Shown piece by piece: positions 1-10,064 of a stretch of DNA of 64,000 nt. Where the stretch lies: contig JAFGRC010000018.1 in the NCBI GenBank assembly GCA_016935355.1, positions 284 through 64,283 on the forward strand. The letters run 5' to 3'. This DNA is from Bacteroidales bacterium. Its GTDB lineage: Bacteria; Bacteroidota; Bacteroidia; Bacteroidales; UBA10428. Under the pieces are notes generated by a model, which was not told where the DNA came from, ran no database searches, and saw only the letters and a list, made by a program, of their open reading frames with translations. Each line of letters starts with the position of its first letter. Within the stretch, counting starts at the first letter, position 1. Position numbers and translations under genes: made by a program.

Positions 1-1037
1 GCTCTGCAGGTTCATCCGTCATACTCATGGAAGACCAGGCCAATGCGGACATTCAGGTATCGCAACTGATCTTTAACGGTCAATACTGGATTGGCATACA
101 GACTGCCAAAATCGCCCGGCAAATATCCGAGCAGAATGTTACCAGGACTGAACTGGAAATCAAGGAAGGAGTCATCAGTACCTATTATCTGATACTGATC
201 TCGGAAAGATCACTGGATATCATCAACAGAAACATAGGAAACCTGAATGAGGTTTTGAAGCATACGCAGGATATGTATCAGGCAGGCATTCTGGAAGCTA
301 CAGATGTGGACCAGATACGGATCAATGTTTCACAGATTGAAAATACCAGAAAATCCATGCAAAGAAATGTTGAACTGAGTTACAATATGCTGCGGCTTCA
401 GCTGGGAATTGAACCTGAAACGGCTATTGAGCTGGCAGACAGTTTTTCCACACTGTTGGGAGAACTGGATGAAACCCAGGTACTGTCTCAGGATTTTGAT
501 AAACGCAACAATCCGAACTACCTTATCATGGAATCCCAGACTGAACTGAACAAAAAAATGGTTGATCTGAACAGGTGGGCGTATGCTCCTACTATTGCAG
601 GATTTTACAGTTATACCGAAAAGATCAAAACGACCGGATTTGACATCAGTCCGAATAATGCGGCCGGTGTTACCCTCACACTTCCTATTTTTTCCGGCGG
701 GGCCAAAAGAGCACAGCTCAGCCAGGCAAAAATAGAGCTCGAAAAAACCTTGCGCAGTAAGGCTCTTCTGGAAGACCAGCTTGCATTGCAGGAAAAACAG
801 CTCGTTTTTGAATACAACAGCGCACTGGAAAACTATTTTACCCAGGAAGAAAATATTGCGGTAGCCAAAAGGGTCTATGACAACAGTTACAATAAATACA
901 GGCAGGGGATGCTCTCCAGTCTTGATTTGACCCAGGCCAACTCCAACTACCTTCAGGCCGAAAACAATTATGTTTCTTCCGTTATGAACCTGTTGCAGGC
1001 AAAACTTGCACTTGAAAAATTATTTAACACTTTATAA
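1..1037 (+). CDS. TolC-family outer membrane efflux protein, 5' end cut by the window edge
   Basis: The reading frame is open from the window edge, with no in-frame stop before the ATG at 27. It has TolC-like helical repeat sequence (e.g. LDLTQANSNYLQAENNYVSSVMNLLQAKLALE). It lies directly upstream of the MFP and RND genes. Confidence 0.85.
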   Translation, partial: SAGSSVILMEDQANADIQVSQLIFNGQYWIGIQTAKIARQISEQNVTRTELEIKEGVISTYYLILISERSLDIINRNIGNLNEVLKHTQDMYQAGILEATDVDQIRINVSQIENTRKSMQRNVELSYNMLRLQLGIEPETAIELADSFSTLLGELDETQVLSQDFDKRNNPNYLIMESQTELNKKMVDLNRWAYAPTIAGFYSYTEKIKTTGFDISPNNAAGVTLTLPIFSGGAKRAQLSQAKIELEKTLRSKALLEDQLALQEKQLVFEYNSALENYFTQEENIAVAKRVYDNSYNKYRQGMLSSLDLTQANSNYLQAENNYVSSVMNLLQAKLALEKLFNTL

Positions 1038-1072
1038 AAATTGCAATCATTATCATTTTAAAAACAAAACAA

Positions 1073-2116
1073 ATGGGACTCAATAAACTATTTCCGATAC
1101 TGGCTGGTGCAGTCATTTTGGTTGCCTCCTGCAATTCAGAAAAAAAGGACACCACATCACTTGCCGAAGAAAGAGAATTTTCTGTCAAGGTCATGCCTCT
1201 TCAAAAAGAGGTCATTACCCGTTCAATAGAATACACTGCAAATCTGGAACCCTTTCAGGAAGTCCACATGGCACCTGCGTCACCCGGACGGGTAAATAGC
1301 ATCAAAGTTGAAATCGGCAGCCGTGTTGTAAAGGACCAACTGCTTGTCGAAATGGATAATACGCAGTTGCAGCAGTCCATGACGCAATTTCAAAACGCCC
1401 AGTCTGAATTTCTGCGGATTGATACACTTTACAAACTTGGAAGCATTTCAGAGCAGCAATATGAACAGGTGAAGACCCAGTATACTGTTGCCCGGACGAA
1501 TGTGGAATATCTTCAGGAGAATACAACGCTTAAGGCTCCATTCAACGGTATCATTACCGGCAAATACTTTGAGGACGGTGAGCTGTATTCCGGGGCACCC
1601 AATACACAGGCGGGCAAAGCAGCCATCGTTACCATCACCCAGATCCGACCGCTTAAAGCAGTTATTGACCTGCCGGAAAGTTATTTTCCATTGGTTAAAA
1701 AGGGCATGTCTGCTTCCCTGAGCACAGATACCTATTCTGACAGAACATTCAGCGGACAGGTATCCCTTGTTCACCCCACAATCAATGCCGGTGCACGTAC
1801 ATTCCAGGTTGAGATCCGGGTGGACAATCCCAATGAGATCCTGCGTCCGGGTATGTTTGCAAGGGTTACCCTTGAACTCGATGAGACAGAAGCCATTATC
1901 GTTCCTGTGAATGCTGTGATGCAACAGGAAGGGACAAACACACGGTATGTATTCATTTATGAAAATGGTGTGGCAAAAAAAGTAAATGTGAATCTCGGAA
2001 AACGCTTCGATGACAGGATCGAAATTGTTTCCGATGAACTTCAGATCGGCGCTGATCTGATAACGGCAGGTCAGTCCGCTTTAATTGACGGAATGCAGGT
2101 TAATGTTTCAGATTAA
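1073..2116 (+). CDS. Efflux RND transporter periplasmic adaptor subunit (MFP/HlyD family)
   Basis: Lipoprotein-type N-terminus (ILVASC). The length and sequence are typical of membrane fusion proteins. It sits between the TolC-like and RND genes. Confidence 0.9.
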   Translation: MGLNKLFPILAGAVILVASCNSEKKDTTSLAEEREFSVKVMPLQKEVITRSIEYTANLEPFQEVHMAPASPGRVNSIKVEIGSRVVKDQLLVEMDNTQLQQSMTQFQNAQSEFLRIDTLYKLGSISEQQYEQVKTQYTVARTNVEYLQENTTLKAPFNGIITGKYFEDGELYSGAPNTQAGKAAIVTITQIRPLKAVIDLPESYFPLVKKGMSASLSTDTYSDRTFSGQVSLVHPTINAGARTFQVEIRVDNPNEILRPGMFARVTLELDETEAIIVPVNAVMQQEGTNTRYVFIYENGVAKKVNVNLGKRFDDRIEIVSDELQIGADLITAGQSALIDGMQVNVSD

Positions 2117-2180
2117 TGGATGTGCAGATTTTATAGCCTTTTAATCTCAAATTTGTTTTATATTATTAAATTCTATCATT

Positions 2181-5100
2181 ATGAGCATCTATGCGAATGC
2201 GGTTAAAAAACCGATAACCACATTAATGATTTTTCTGGCTGTCGTTGTATTTGGAATATATTCCCTGATCAACCTGCCCATAGACTTATATCCCGATATC
2301 GAATTTCCTGCAATTACGGTTGTCACTACTTACAGCGGTGCAAATGCTTCAGATATAGAAACCAATATTTCAGTTCCCATCGAAGACGCATTGAATTCAG
2401 TCGATAAGCTTCAGGAAATAACATCAATTTCGCGTGACAACATTTCCGTCGTCTTTGCCGAATTTGAATATGAAACGGATCTCGATGAAGCAGCAAACGA
2501 AATACGGGACGGACTCTCATTCATTGAGGAAATACTGCCGGAGGGAGCGGGTAAACCGACCATCATCAAGTTGAATGCAAGCATGATGCCCATTCTGTTT
2601 TATGCGATCACTGCCGAGGAAAGCTATGAAGGAATAGAAAAGCTGCTGGAGGAGAAGATCATCAATCCGTTAAACCGGATCGAAGGCATCGGATCAATAG
2701 GTCTTGCAGGGACCCCGATCCGTCAGGTGCTGATCGATGTGGATCCAAAAAGGATGGAAGCATATAACGTGACCATTGAACAGATCGGTAGCGTTCTGCA
2801 GATGGAAAATATGAACATGCCAACCGGCAACATCAAAATGGGCATGTTGAACTATCCCCTTCGTGTTGAAGGAGAATTCAACAGCAGCGACGAGATCCGG
2901 GATATAGTGATCGGCAATCAGTCGGGACAACCCATATACCTGAGGGATGTCGCCACCGTGAAAGATTCCATCAGGGAAATGTCAATAGACCAAAGGATTA
3001 ATGGTCAGCGCGGGATCACCATGTATGTCATGAAGCAGTCAGGAGCCAATACGGTCAAAATTGCCCGCGAAATAAACAAGGAACTTCAAGAACTCCAGAA
3101 TACACTTCCGTCGGACATCAGTATAGAGGTGATTCTGGATTCCAGTGAATTTATAAGCGGTTCGATCAGGAATCTAACGGAAACCCTGATGTTTGCACTG
3201 TTCTTTGTAATGATGGTAGTTTTCTTTTTTCTCGGACGCTGGAGGGCAACCCTGATTATTGTCCTGACCATCCCCATTTCGCTTATTGTTGCCTTTATTT
3301 ATCTCTATATTACAGATAATACCATAAACATCATAAGCCTCTCTTCGCTTTCCATAGCCATCGGGATGGTGGTAGATGATGCCATTGTCGTGCTTGAGAA
3401 CATCAGCAAGCATATTGAAAGAGGAAGCAGTCCGAGGGAAGCTGCCATATATGCAACGAATGAAGTATGGCTGGCGGTTATCGTAACCACACTCACGGTC
3501 GTTGCTGTTTTTTTACCAATGACCATGATCGGAGGCATGACCGGAGTCCTGTTCCGTCAGCTTGGATGGATCGTTTCCATTACGGTCACCACATCTACCA
3601 TTGCGGCCATTACACTGACACCTATGCTGAGCTCAAAATTGCTTTCACTGAGGCCAAAGAATGGCTACAGGACCAGGATAAGCAAATACGAGCAAATCGT
3701 CATACCCTGGCTTAACGAGCTCGACAGCCGGTATGAAAAGGCATTACGTTGGAGTTTGCACAACAAGCTCTTGATCACGGTCATATCATTTATCATATTT
3801 TTCGGCAGCATATTGCTGGCAACAGGATTGAACACTTCATTCATTCCGGAGTCCGATGACGGTTATATAACCGTGGCAGCGGAATTGCAATCGGGCACCC
3901 GCATGGAAGAAAGTGCCCGTATCGCCAGGAAAATAGACAGTATTGCCGTTGCATTGTTACCTGATGAGCTGGAGTTGCTATCCTCCTCTGCCGGTTCTGA
4001 TGAAAGCGGTGGTATCATGGCTATTTTCCAGTCTTCAGGTTCCAACATCATCAATCACAGCATCAGCCTGACCAGTGCGGAGGACCGTGATGTGACGGTT
4101 TGGGACATTGCCGAACGGATCAGGCAGGAACTTCAGAAAATACCGGAGATCATCAAGTTCAACGTTACGACAGGCGGCGGAATGTCGATGAGCACAACGA
4201 CACTGGATGTTCAGATATTTGGTTATGACATAGAACAGACCACACTGCTGGCCGATCAGATTGCAGAGCATCTTGAAACGATCCCCGGGGCAAGGGATAT
4301 TGAGATCAGTCGTGAAAAATCCAAACCGGAGCTCAGGTTCGATATTGACCGCGAAAAAATGGCAGCCATGGGCTTAAACACAACAACTGTTGCCATGGCT
4401 TTAAACAACCGCATCAACGGTCTGATAGCAACCCAATACCGTGAAGGAGGCGATGAATATAATGTGGTGGTAAAATTCAATGAATCCTACAGGAACTCAA
4501 TTTCCGATATTGAGAATATTGCGATCACGAATCCACTGGGAAACAAAATCCGGCTCAGCGAAATCGGTACAATCAGGGAGTACTGGTCGACACCAAACAT
4601 TGAAAGACAGGGAAGACAAAGGGTGGTGACCGTCTCTACCACTCCCTATAAGGTATCCCTGGGGAAACTGGCAGCCGATGTCCAGACGGAGATCAACAAA
4701 ATGGATATTCCACCTGAAATCATCATTGAAGTAGGAGGTGCATTTGAGGATCTTCAGGAAAGCTTTACCGATCTGGCCATGCTGTTGATGTTGAGTCTTA
4801 TACTGGTGTATCTGGTGATGGCCTCACAATTCGAATCATTCAGAATGCCATTTATTATAATGTTCTCGATTCCATTTGCCTTTACAGGTGTCATTCTGGC
4901 CCTGTTCATCACCAATACCGATTTAAGTGTCATTGCCGGTCTGGGCGCCATCATGCTTGTTGGCATTGCCGTTAAAAATGCCATTGTTCTGGTTGATTAC
5001 ATCAACCTGATGCGTGACAGGGGATATGATATTGACGATGCCATAGCGCTTGCAGGAAAATCACGCCTGCGTCCGGTGCTGATGACTGCGATGACAACCA

Positions 5101-5306
5101 TACTCGGTATGATGCCTCTTGCGCTGAGTACCGGTGAAGGTTCTGAGATCTGGAGCCCGATGGGTATTTCGGTGATCGGAGGACTGGTGTTTTCTACTGT
5201 AGTGACCATGCTGATCGTTCCTGTGATTTACAGGGTATTTGCCCGCAGGGGGGAAAGGGATGAAAAAGCTCAGGTTCGCCGCAAGTTCGACTTTATGGAT
5301 AAATAA
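2181..5306 (+). CDS. RND efflux permease (AcrB/HAE1-like)
   Basis: 1041 aa with two large periplasmic loops and a 12-TM layout. TM4 motif is GMVVDDAIVVLEN and TM10 motif is GIAVKNAIVLVDY, which is the canonical Asp-Asp/Lys relay. The RLRPVLMT motif is present. Confidence 0.95.
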   Translation: MSIYANAVKKPITTLMIFLAVVVFGIYSLINLPIDLYPDIEFPAITVVTTYSGANASDIETNISVPIEDALNSVDKLQEITSISRDNISVVFAEFEYETDLDEAANEIRDGLSFIEEILPEGAGKPTIIKLNASMMPILFYAITAEESYEGIEKLLEEKIINPLNRIEGIGSIGLAGTPIRQVLIDVDPKRMEAYNVTIEQIGSVLQMENMNMPTGNIKMGMLNYPLRVEGEFNSSDEIRDIVIGNQSGQPIYLRDVATVKDSIREMSIDQRINGQRGITMYVMKQSGANTVKIAREINKELQELQNTLPSDISIEVILDSSEFISGSIRNLTETLMFALFFVMMVVFFFLGRWRATLIIVLTIPISLIVAFIYLYITDNTINIISLSSLSIAIGMVVDDAIVVLENISKHIERGSSPREAAIYATNEVWLAVIVTTLTVVAVFLPMTMIGGMTGVLFRQLGWIVSITVTTSTIAAITLTPMLSSKLLSLRPKNGYRTRISKYEQIVIPWLNELDSRYEKALRWSLHNKLLITVISFIIFFGSILLATGLNTSFIPESDDGYITVAAELQSGTRMEESARIARKIDSIAVALLPDELELLSSSAGSDESGGIMAIFQSSGSNIINHSISLTSAEDRDVTVWDIAERIRQELQKIPEIIKFNVTTGGGMSMSTTTLDVQIFGYDIEQTTLLADQIAEHLETIPGARDIEISREKSKPELRFDIDREKMAAMGLNTTTVAMALNNRINGLIATQYREGGDEYNVVVKFNESYRNSISDIENIAITNPLGNKIRLSEIGTIREYWSTPNIERQGRQRVVTVSTTPYKVSLGKLAADVQTEINKMDIPPEIIIEVGGAFEDLQESFTDLAMLLMLSLILVYLVMASQFESFRMPFIIMFSIPFAFTGVILALFITNTDLSVIAGLGAIMLVGIAVKNAIVLVDYINLMRDRGYDIDDAIALAGKSRLRPVLMTAMTTILGMMPLALSTGEGSEIWSPMGISVIGGLVFSTVVTMLIVPVIYRVFARRGERDEKAQVRRKFDFMDK

Positions 5307-5349
5307 TTGTATTTGAATCAATAACATTATTTAATAATCTTTTAACCTG

Positions 5350-5643
5350 ATGAAAGCAGTTCTGATCATATACAACCAGGCACATACCGAAAGGATAGAA
5401 TATATGCTTGACCGTCTTGGAATCAAAGGATACACTCAATGGCCAACTATAATGGGAAGAGGATCCGAGACCGGGGAGCCACGTATGGGGACCCATACAT
5501 GGCCTGAATTAAACTCAGCCACATTGACAATTATTGAGGATCAAAAGGTGGATGTTGTTCTTGAAAAAGTGAAGAAGCTTGATGCTGTAAATGAGGAAGT
5601 CGGCATCCGTGCCTTTGTCTGGGACATCCTTGATGCCGTATAA
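5350..5643 (+). CDS. Small PII-like transporter-associated protein (resembles the PG0541 family)
   Basis: 97 aa ORF starting 44 bp after the RND stop on the same strand. The sequence (MKAVLIIYNQAH...GYTQWP...GRGSETGEPRMGTHTWPE) resembles small proteins found downstream of Bacteroidota RND pumps. The family assignment is from memory. Confidence 0.6.
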   Translation: MKAVLIIYNQAHTERIEYMLDRLGIKGYTQWPTIMGRGSETGEPRMGTHTWPELNSATLTIIEDQKVDVVLEKVKKLDAVNEEVGIRAFVWDILDAV

Positions 5644-5752
5644 ATTTCAGGATTATTAACCAGTACCTGCGGAAAGTGAAATGTCCGGGTCATGAATGGT
5701 TTAATTGTGATGCATACGCTTTTCGGCAGGAAATGTAAATGGTTTAACGGTT

Positions 5753-7486
5753 TCAGTCGATTTTTTTAGCTTCATAACGGCTGATCTGATCCATGATCAA
5801 TCCGTTTACCATACCAGCCTGATTAATAATGAATTCAAATGTGATATCAACCGATTTAAGAAAAAATCTGGTATCACTTTCTGCAAATATCTCTTCTTTA
5901 TTCCCTCCTGAATATTCAATGAAAATACGATTACCCATTACGGATACGACTATAAAATCACCGTCCCCGAAATCATAGTTTCCCGTATAACGTTCAAGGA
6001 TTGCCTTGTCCAGTGTGATATAAGATTTTTCCGCAGGCAGCGGCAGGCTGGTTTTAAACTCTATCTGCATGGGACCATAATTCAGGGGTTCACTGATAAC
6101 CTCAAGCGAATGGATGCCCTCTTCGTAACCGCGGTTAAACTGTATCAGTATATTGCTGTACCCGATGGAATAAAGATCCTTGCTGACGGGCAGGAGCGGG
6201 AATTTTGAATCTCCAGTGATCTGGGAAAACAATGTATCGTTCCGGAGAGTAATGTATCTATACATTTTTTTATTACCGTAATTGCGTGCCATTCTTGTCC
6301 CGAGTCTCCGAATCTCATATACACCTACAAAATCATTCGGATCCTGAAAGTCCTGCTCAGGATATTGCCTTATTCTGATACTTGTCAGTGGTTCACCTGC
6401 AATCCTGAGTGCAATCTGATAGGCAAGGTTGGCCGGATTGAGTGTTTTGTTGGATAAAATGATTACAAATATCTGTCTGGAAGGTATGCGCACGGCATAG
6501 GACATGAAACCGTAAACCCCGCCCCCATGAGCGATAAGATCCAATCCGTTATATATGTTTGTCGAAAAACCATAACCATATTTGGTTTTCTGTCCGTTCG
6601 ACAAAATGTATGAAGACCAGGCTTTTTCGAGCCATTCTTTCCGGAGGATTCTTTCTCCGTACAGTGCTTCGTCCCATTTCAGGAGATCGTCCACGGTCGA
6701 TATGATATCTGCTGCGGCAAAGAGCCAGGTCCAGTTGAAATACGCCGCTTTTCTGTAATCATCATTTCCCAAGTGAGAATATCCCGTCACTGAAAGGGGC
6801 ACCAGCCGCTGATGCGTTGCTATTGAAGTATTTGTCATTTGCAGCGGACCAAATATGTTTTTCTGCATGAATTCTCCCAGTGTCATCCCTGTAACCTCTT
6901 CCACGATAAGTCCTGCCAGAAAATATCCGGAATTGCTGTAGCTCCAGTCACTCCCGGGTTCAAAGAGCAATGAGTCGTTCATAAAAAATTGTGCAACCTC
7001 GTATTTCGAATGCGGAATCATGATTTTGTTGATGAAACCCTCTTTCTCCGAATAACTTATGATGCCGCTTGTATGGCTCAACAAATGATCTATCGTGATC
7101 ACACGTCCGTGCGTATTATACCAGGGAAGGTATTGTCTTATATCGTCCTGCAGGAAAAGTTTTCCTTCCTGTGCCAGCTGAAGGACGGAAATTGCCGTAA
7201 ACTGTTTGGTCAATGAACCAATGGGAAAAACATATTCAGGTCTGTTCTGAACATGCAATTCCAGGTTTGCCAGACCGTATGCCCTTCTTATAAGAGTTTT
7301 TCCTTCCTGTGCGACCAGGATAACAGCCCCCGGTTCATTCCATGCATAATAACGGTTCATCAGGCTGTCAATATATACCAGATCCTGTCTTGAGGTCTTC
7401 TGCGGATAACCCTGAATCAGGGTAATTGTGGCAAAAATGATCAGAAATAATGGTTTCATGCAGCTGTACTTAATCATGCCCGTCAT
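5753..7486 (-). CDS. Serine hydrolase / beta-lactamase-family protein (secreted)
   Basis: SxxK active-site motif (GSLTKQF) and a YSN motif (YSNSGY). A signal-like N-terminus is present. An alternative start at MKPLF (7459) is possible. Confidence 0.85.
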   Translation of the reverse strand: MTGMIKYSCMKPLFLIIFATITLIQGYPQKTSRQDLVYIDSLMNRYYAWNEPGAVILVAQEGKTLIRRAYGLANLELHVQNRPEYVFPIGSLTKQFTAISVLQLAQEGKLFLQDDIRQYLPWYNTHGRVITIDHLLSHTSGIISYSEKEGFINKIMIPHSKYEVAQFFMNDSLLFEPGSDWSYSNSGYFLAGLIVEEVTGMTLGEFMQKNIFGPLQMTNTSIATHQRLVPLSVTGYSHLGNDDYRKAAYFNWTWLFAAADIISTVDDLLKWDEALYGERILRKEWLEKAWSSYILSNGQKTKYGYGFSTNIYNGLDLIAHGGGVYGFMSYAVRIPSRQIFVIILSNKTLNPANLAYQIALRIAGEPLTSIRIRQYPEQDFQDPNDFVGVYEIRRLGTRMARNYGNKKMYRYITLRNDTLFSQITGDSKFPLLPVSKDLYSIGYSNILIQFNRGYEEGIHSLEVISEPLNYGPMQIEFKTSLPLPAEKSYITLDKAILERYTGNYDFGDGDFIVVSVMGNRIFIEYSGGNKEEIFAESDTRFFLKSVDITFEFIINQAGMVNGLIMDQISRYEAKKID

Positions 7487-7550
7487 GGATATTCAAGGAT
7501 ATATCACCACGTTCACTGCTCATCCGTGCTTATGAATTGATATTTCTATG

Positions 7551-8522
7551 TTACTGTGACCACCTGGTAGGTTGCCTGTCCCATCGATGTTTTTTAAGTT
7601 CTTTCATCAGTCTTTTGTTCAGCGGACCTGCATCGCTGGCAGCCAGGTTCATTTCAACATGGCTTGTCTTTCGCATACCTGGTATTAACGTGCTTACTGC
7701 AGGTTCGCCCAGAATAAAGCGCAAAGCCATTTCCGGCATGGTCATTCCCTCGGGCAGCACTTGTTTCAGTGCATCTGCATGTTCCACGCTTGATTTCAAG
7801 TTTTCAGGAACGAAGTAGGTATTTCGCCAGTCGCCGTCAGGCCATTTGCTGTCCATGGTCAATGTACCTGTCAGGGATCCTTCATCAAAGGGAACCCTGG
7901 CGATTATGCCGACTTTGTTCTCGCGGCAGGCCGGGAAAAGCTCATCTTCCGGATTCTGGTCGAAAATATTGTATATTACCTGGACCGTATCGACGATCCC
8001 GCTTTTTACAGTCTTTATTCCATTCCATGGTTCCCACCTGTTCAGGCTGATTCCTATGGAATGAAAGTATCCCTGTGATTTCAGATCCATCATCTTAACA
8101 ATCCATCTGTCATCTTCCAGCCAGGTGTCTTCCCAGGTATGGAACTGCATGAGATCAATGGAATCCAGCTTGAAGTTTTCAAGACTTTTTTCGACATATT
8201 TCTCAATATGGTCAGGGGGGTAGCAATCATCAAGTGTATATTCCTTTTTGCCCGGCCATTTGAAATTCTTCGGGGGGATCTTTGTTGCGGTATAGATCTT
8301 CTTATCCTTGTTATTTCTCACCAGGTCTCCCAACAGACTTTCACTTTTACCGGCACCATAACCCCAGGCGGTATCAAAAAAATTGCAGCCGAGGTCAACA
8401 GCACGCTGCAAGGAAGCAACCGATTCATTATCATCCGAACCGGTCCATCCCCCCATCCCCCACATACCATATCCGATTTCACTTACATCCCAGTTTGTCC
8501 GTCCAAGTTTGCGGTATTTCAT
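7551..8522 (-). CDS. Aldo/keto reductase family oxidoreductase
   Basis: 323 aa. The N-terminus MKYRKLGRTNWDVSEIGYGMWGMG and the motifs DTAWGYG and LNRWEP are typical of the AKR family. Confidence 0.9.
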   Translation of the reverse strand: MKYRKLGRTNWDVSEIGYGMWGMGGWTGSDDNESVASLQRAVDLGCNFFDTAWGYGAGKSESLLGDLVRNNKDKKIYTATKIPPKNFKWPGKKEYTLDDCYPPDHIEKYVEKSLENFKLDSIDLMQFHTWEDTWLEDDRWIVKMMDLKSQGYFHSIGISLNRWEPWNGIKTVKSGIVDTVQVIYNIFDQNPEDELFPACRENKVGIIARVPFDEGSLTGTLTMDSKWPDGDWRNTYFVPENLKSSVEHADALKQVLPEGMTMPEMALRFILGEPAVSTLIPGMRKTSHVEMNLAASDAGPLNKRLMKELKKHRWDRQPTRWSQ

Positions 8523-8730
8523 ATTGATTCGTTTGTGATTTAAATTGTTATATTGAAATAATTTGCTTGAGTATTATCTGTAATCCCGGCAACTTCCGGT
8601 TTATGTTCATATGGAATTATAAAATTAATAAATTTATTTCGTAAAATAATCATTTATCTTTGGTCTGCAATTGCCCTTCTATATTCTGTTCAACCCAGAA
8701 GGGTTTATGGTTTACATTATTGGTTGTCAC

Positions 8731-10047
8731 ATGCCGCTGCTAATTGTCGCACTGGGAATCCTGCTTCTGATCCTGCTCATCACGGTTATTAAAATAGATG
8801 CCTTCATATCGTTTATTGTAGCATCCATTGCAATCGGCATTGCTGAAGGTATGCCCCTGCAGGATGTCGTGCAATCCGTCGAAAAAGGCATCGGAGATAC
8901 GCTGGGATCACTGGTAATGATACTCGGTTTCGGTGCAATGCTTGGTAAACTTGTCGCTGAAAGTGGTGCCGCACAAAGGATAGCATCCAAACTGATTCAG
9001 GTATTCGGCATCAGATATATTCAATGGGCTCTGGTGGTTACCGGATTTATTGTGGGTATCCCCATGTTTTATAATGTGGGATTTGTAATTCTTGTGCCGC
9101 TTATCTTCACCGTTTCAACTGCCACGGGTCTGCCACTTCTGTATGTCGGCATACCCATGCTTGCTTCACTATCCGTAACACACGGATTCCTGCCGCCTCA
9201 TCCTTCACCGACTGCAATCACGCTGATGTTTGACGCGAATATGGGTAAAACACTATTATTAGGCATGCTCATTGCCATACCTGTGATTATAATAGCCGGA
9301 CCGTTGTTTGCCAGGACCATAAAAAATATCAGGGCAACACCCCTGAAGGAGTTTGTGAATCCGCGCATATTGAAGGAAGAAGAACTGCCGGGCATGCTGA
9401 TCAGCATAGCCGCTGCACTTCTTCCGGTATTGCTGATCATCACTTCAACCTTGTTGGGTTTCATACTTCCGGAAGATACCCTGATCAGCGAAATCAATGC
9501 CTTTATCGGCAATCCATCCATCGCCATGCTTGTTTCCGTATTCTTTGCCATATATGCACTTGGTATCGCAAGGGGGAAAAAAATGAAAGCGATCATGGAA
9601 ATGACAACCGGATCGGTGATGAGCATTACCATGATTTTGCTGATTATTGCCGGGGCGGGAATCCTGAAACAGGTTCTGATTGACAGCGGTGTCGGGGATT
9701 ACATCGCAAATGCACTTGGAAAGACATCATTATCACCATTGCTTCTCGGCTGGATCATAGCTGCTGCCATAAGGGTCTGTGTAGGCTCAGCAACAGTGGC
9801 CGGATTGACGGCTGCAGGCATCGTTCTGCCTTTATTTTCAACGGTTGCAGTCAGTCCCGAACTGATGGTGCTTTCCATCGGATCCGGTAGCCTCATCCTT
9901 TCGCATGTAAACGATACCGGTTTCTGGATGTATAAAGAATATTTCAACCTCAGCATCCGGGATACGTTTTTAACCTGGACCGTAATGGAAACGCTGGTTG
10001 GTGTTCTGGGACTTGCAGGAGTGCTGATTCTCAGTTCATTCCTCTAA
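8731..10047 (+). CDS. GntP-family (gluconate:H+ symporter-like) permease
   Basis: Polytopic membrane protein. The ATG at 8731 gives MPLLIVALGILLLILL, a typical GntP N-terminus. The longer ORF from 8671 starts at a TTG and adds non-conserved residues. Confidence 0.85.
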   Translation: MPLLIVALGILLLILLITVIKIDAFISFIVASIAIGIAEGMPLQDVVQSVEKGIGDTLGSLVMILGFGAMLGKLVAESGAAQRIASKLIQVFGIRYIQWALVVTGFIVGIPMFYNVGFVILVPLIFTVSTATGLPLLYVGIPMLASLSVTHGFLPPHPSPTAITLMFDANMGKTLLLGMLIAIPVIIIAGPLFARTIKNIRATPLKEFVNPRILKEEELPGMLISIAAALLPVLLIITSTLLGFILPEDTLISEINAFIGNPSIAMLVSVFFAIYALGIARGKKMKAIMEMTTGSVMSITMILLIIAGAGILKQVLIDSGVGDYIANALGKTSLSPLLLGWIIAAAIRVCVGSATVAGLTAAGIVLPLFSTVAVSPELMVLSIGSGSLILSHVNDTGFWMYKEYFNLSIRDTFLTWTVMETLVGVLGLAGVLILSSFL

Positions 10048-10064
10048 ATGACCATCCCATCCTT

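Noticed and set aside
1448-1924. 158-aa minus-strand ORF, plus many similar 60-150-aa ORFs in the track (e.g. 9198-9632, 18565-18945, 26628-27251, 50679-51116, 61277-62044).
   Set aside because: Each lies entirely antisense or out of frame inside a long gene with strong family motifs. Their translations are low-complexity or biased, as is typical of shadow ORFs. I see no independent start or promoter signals.
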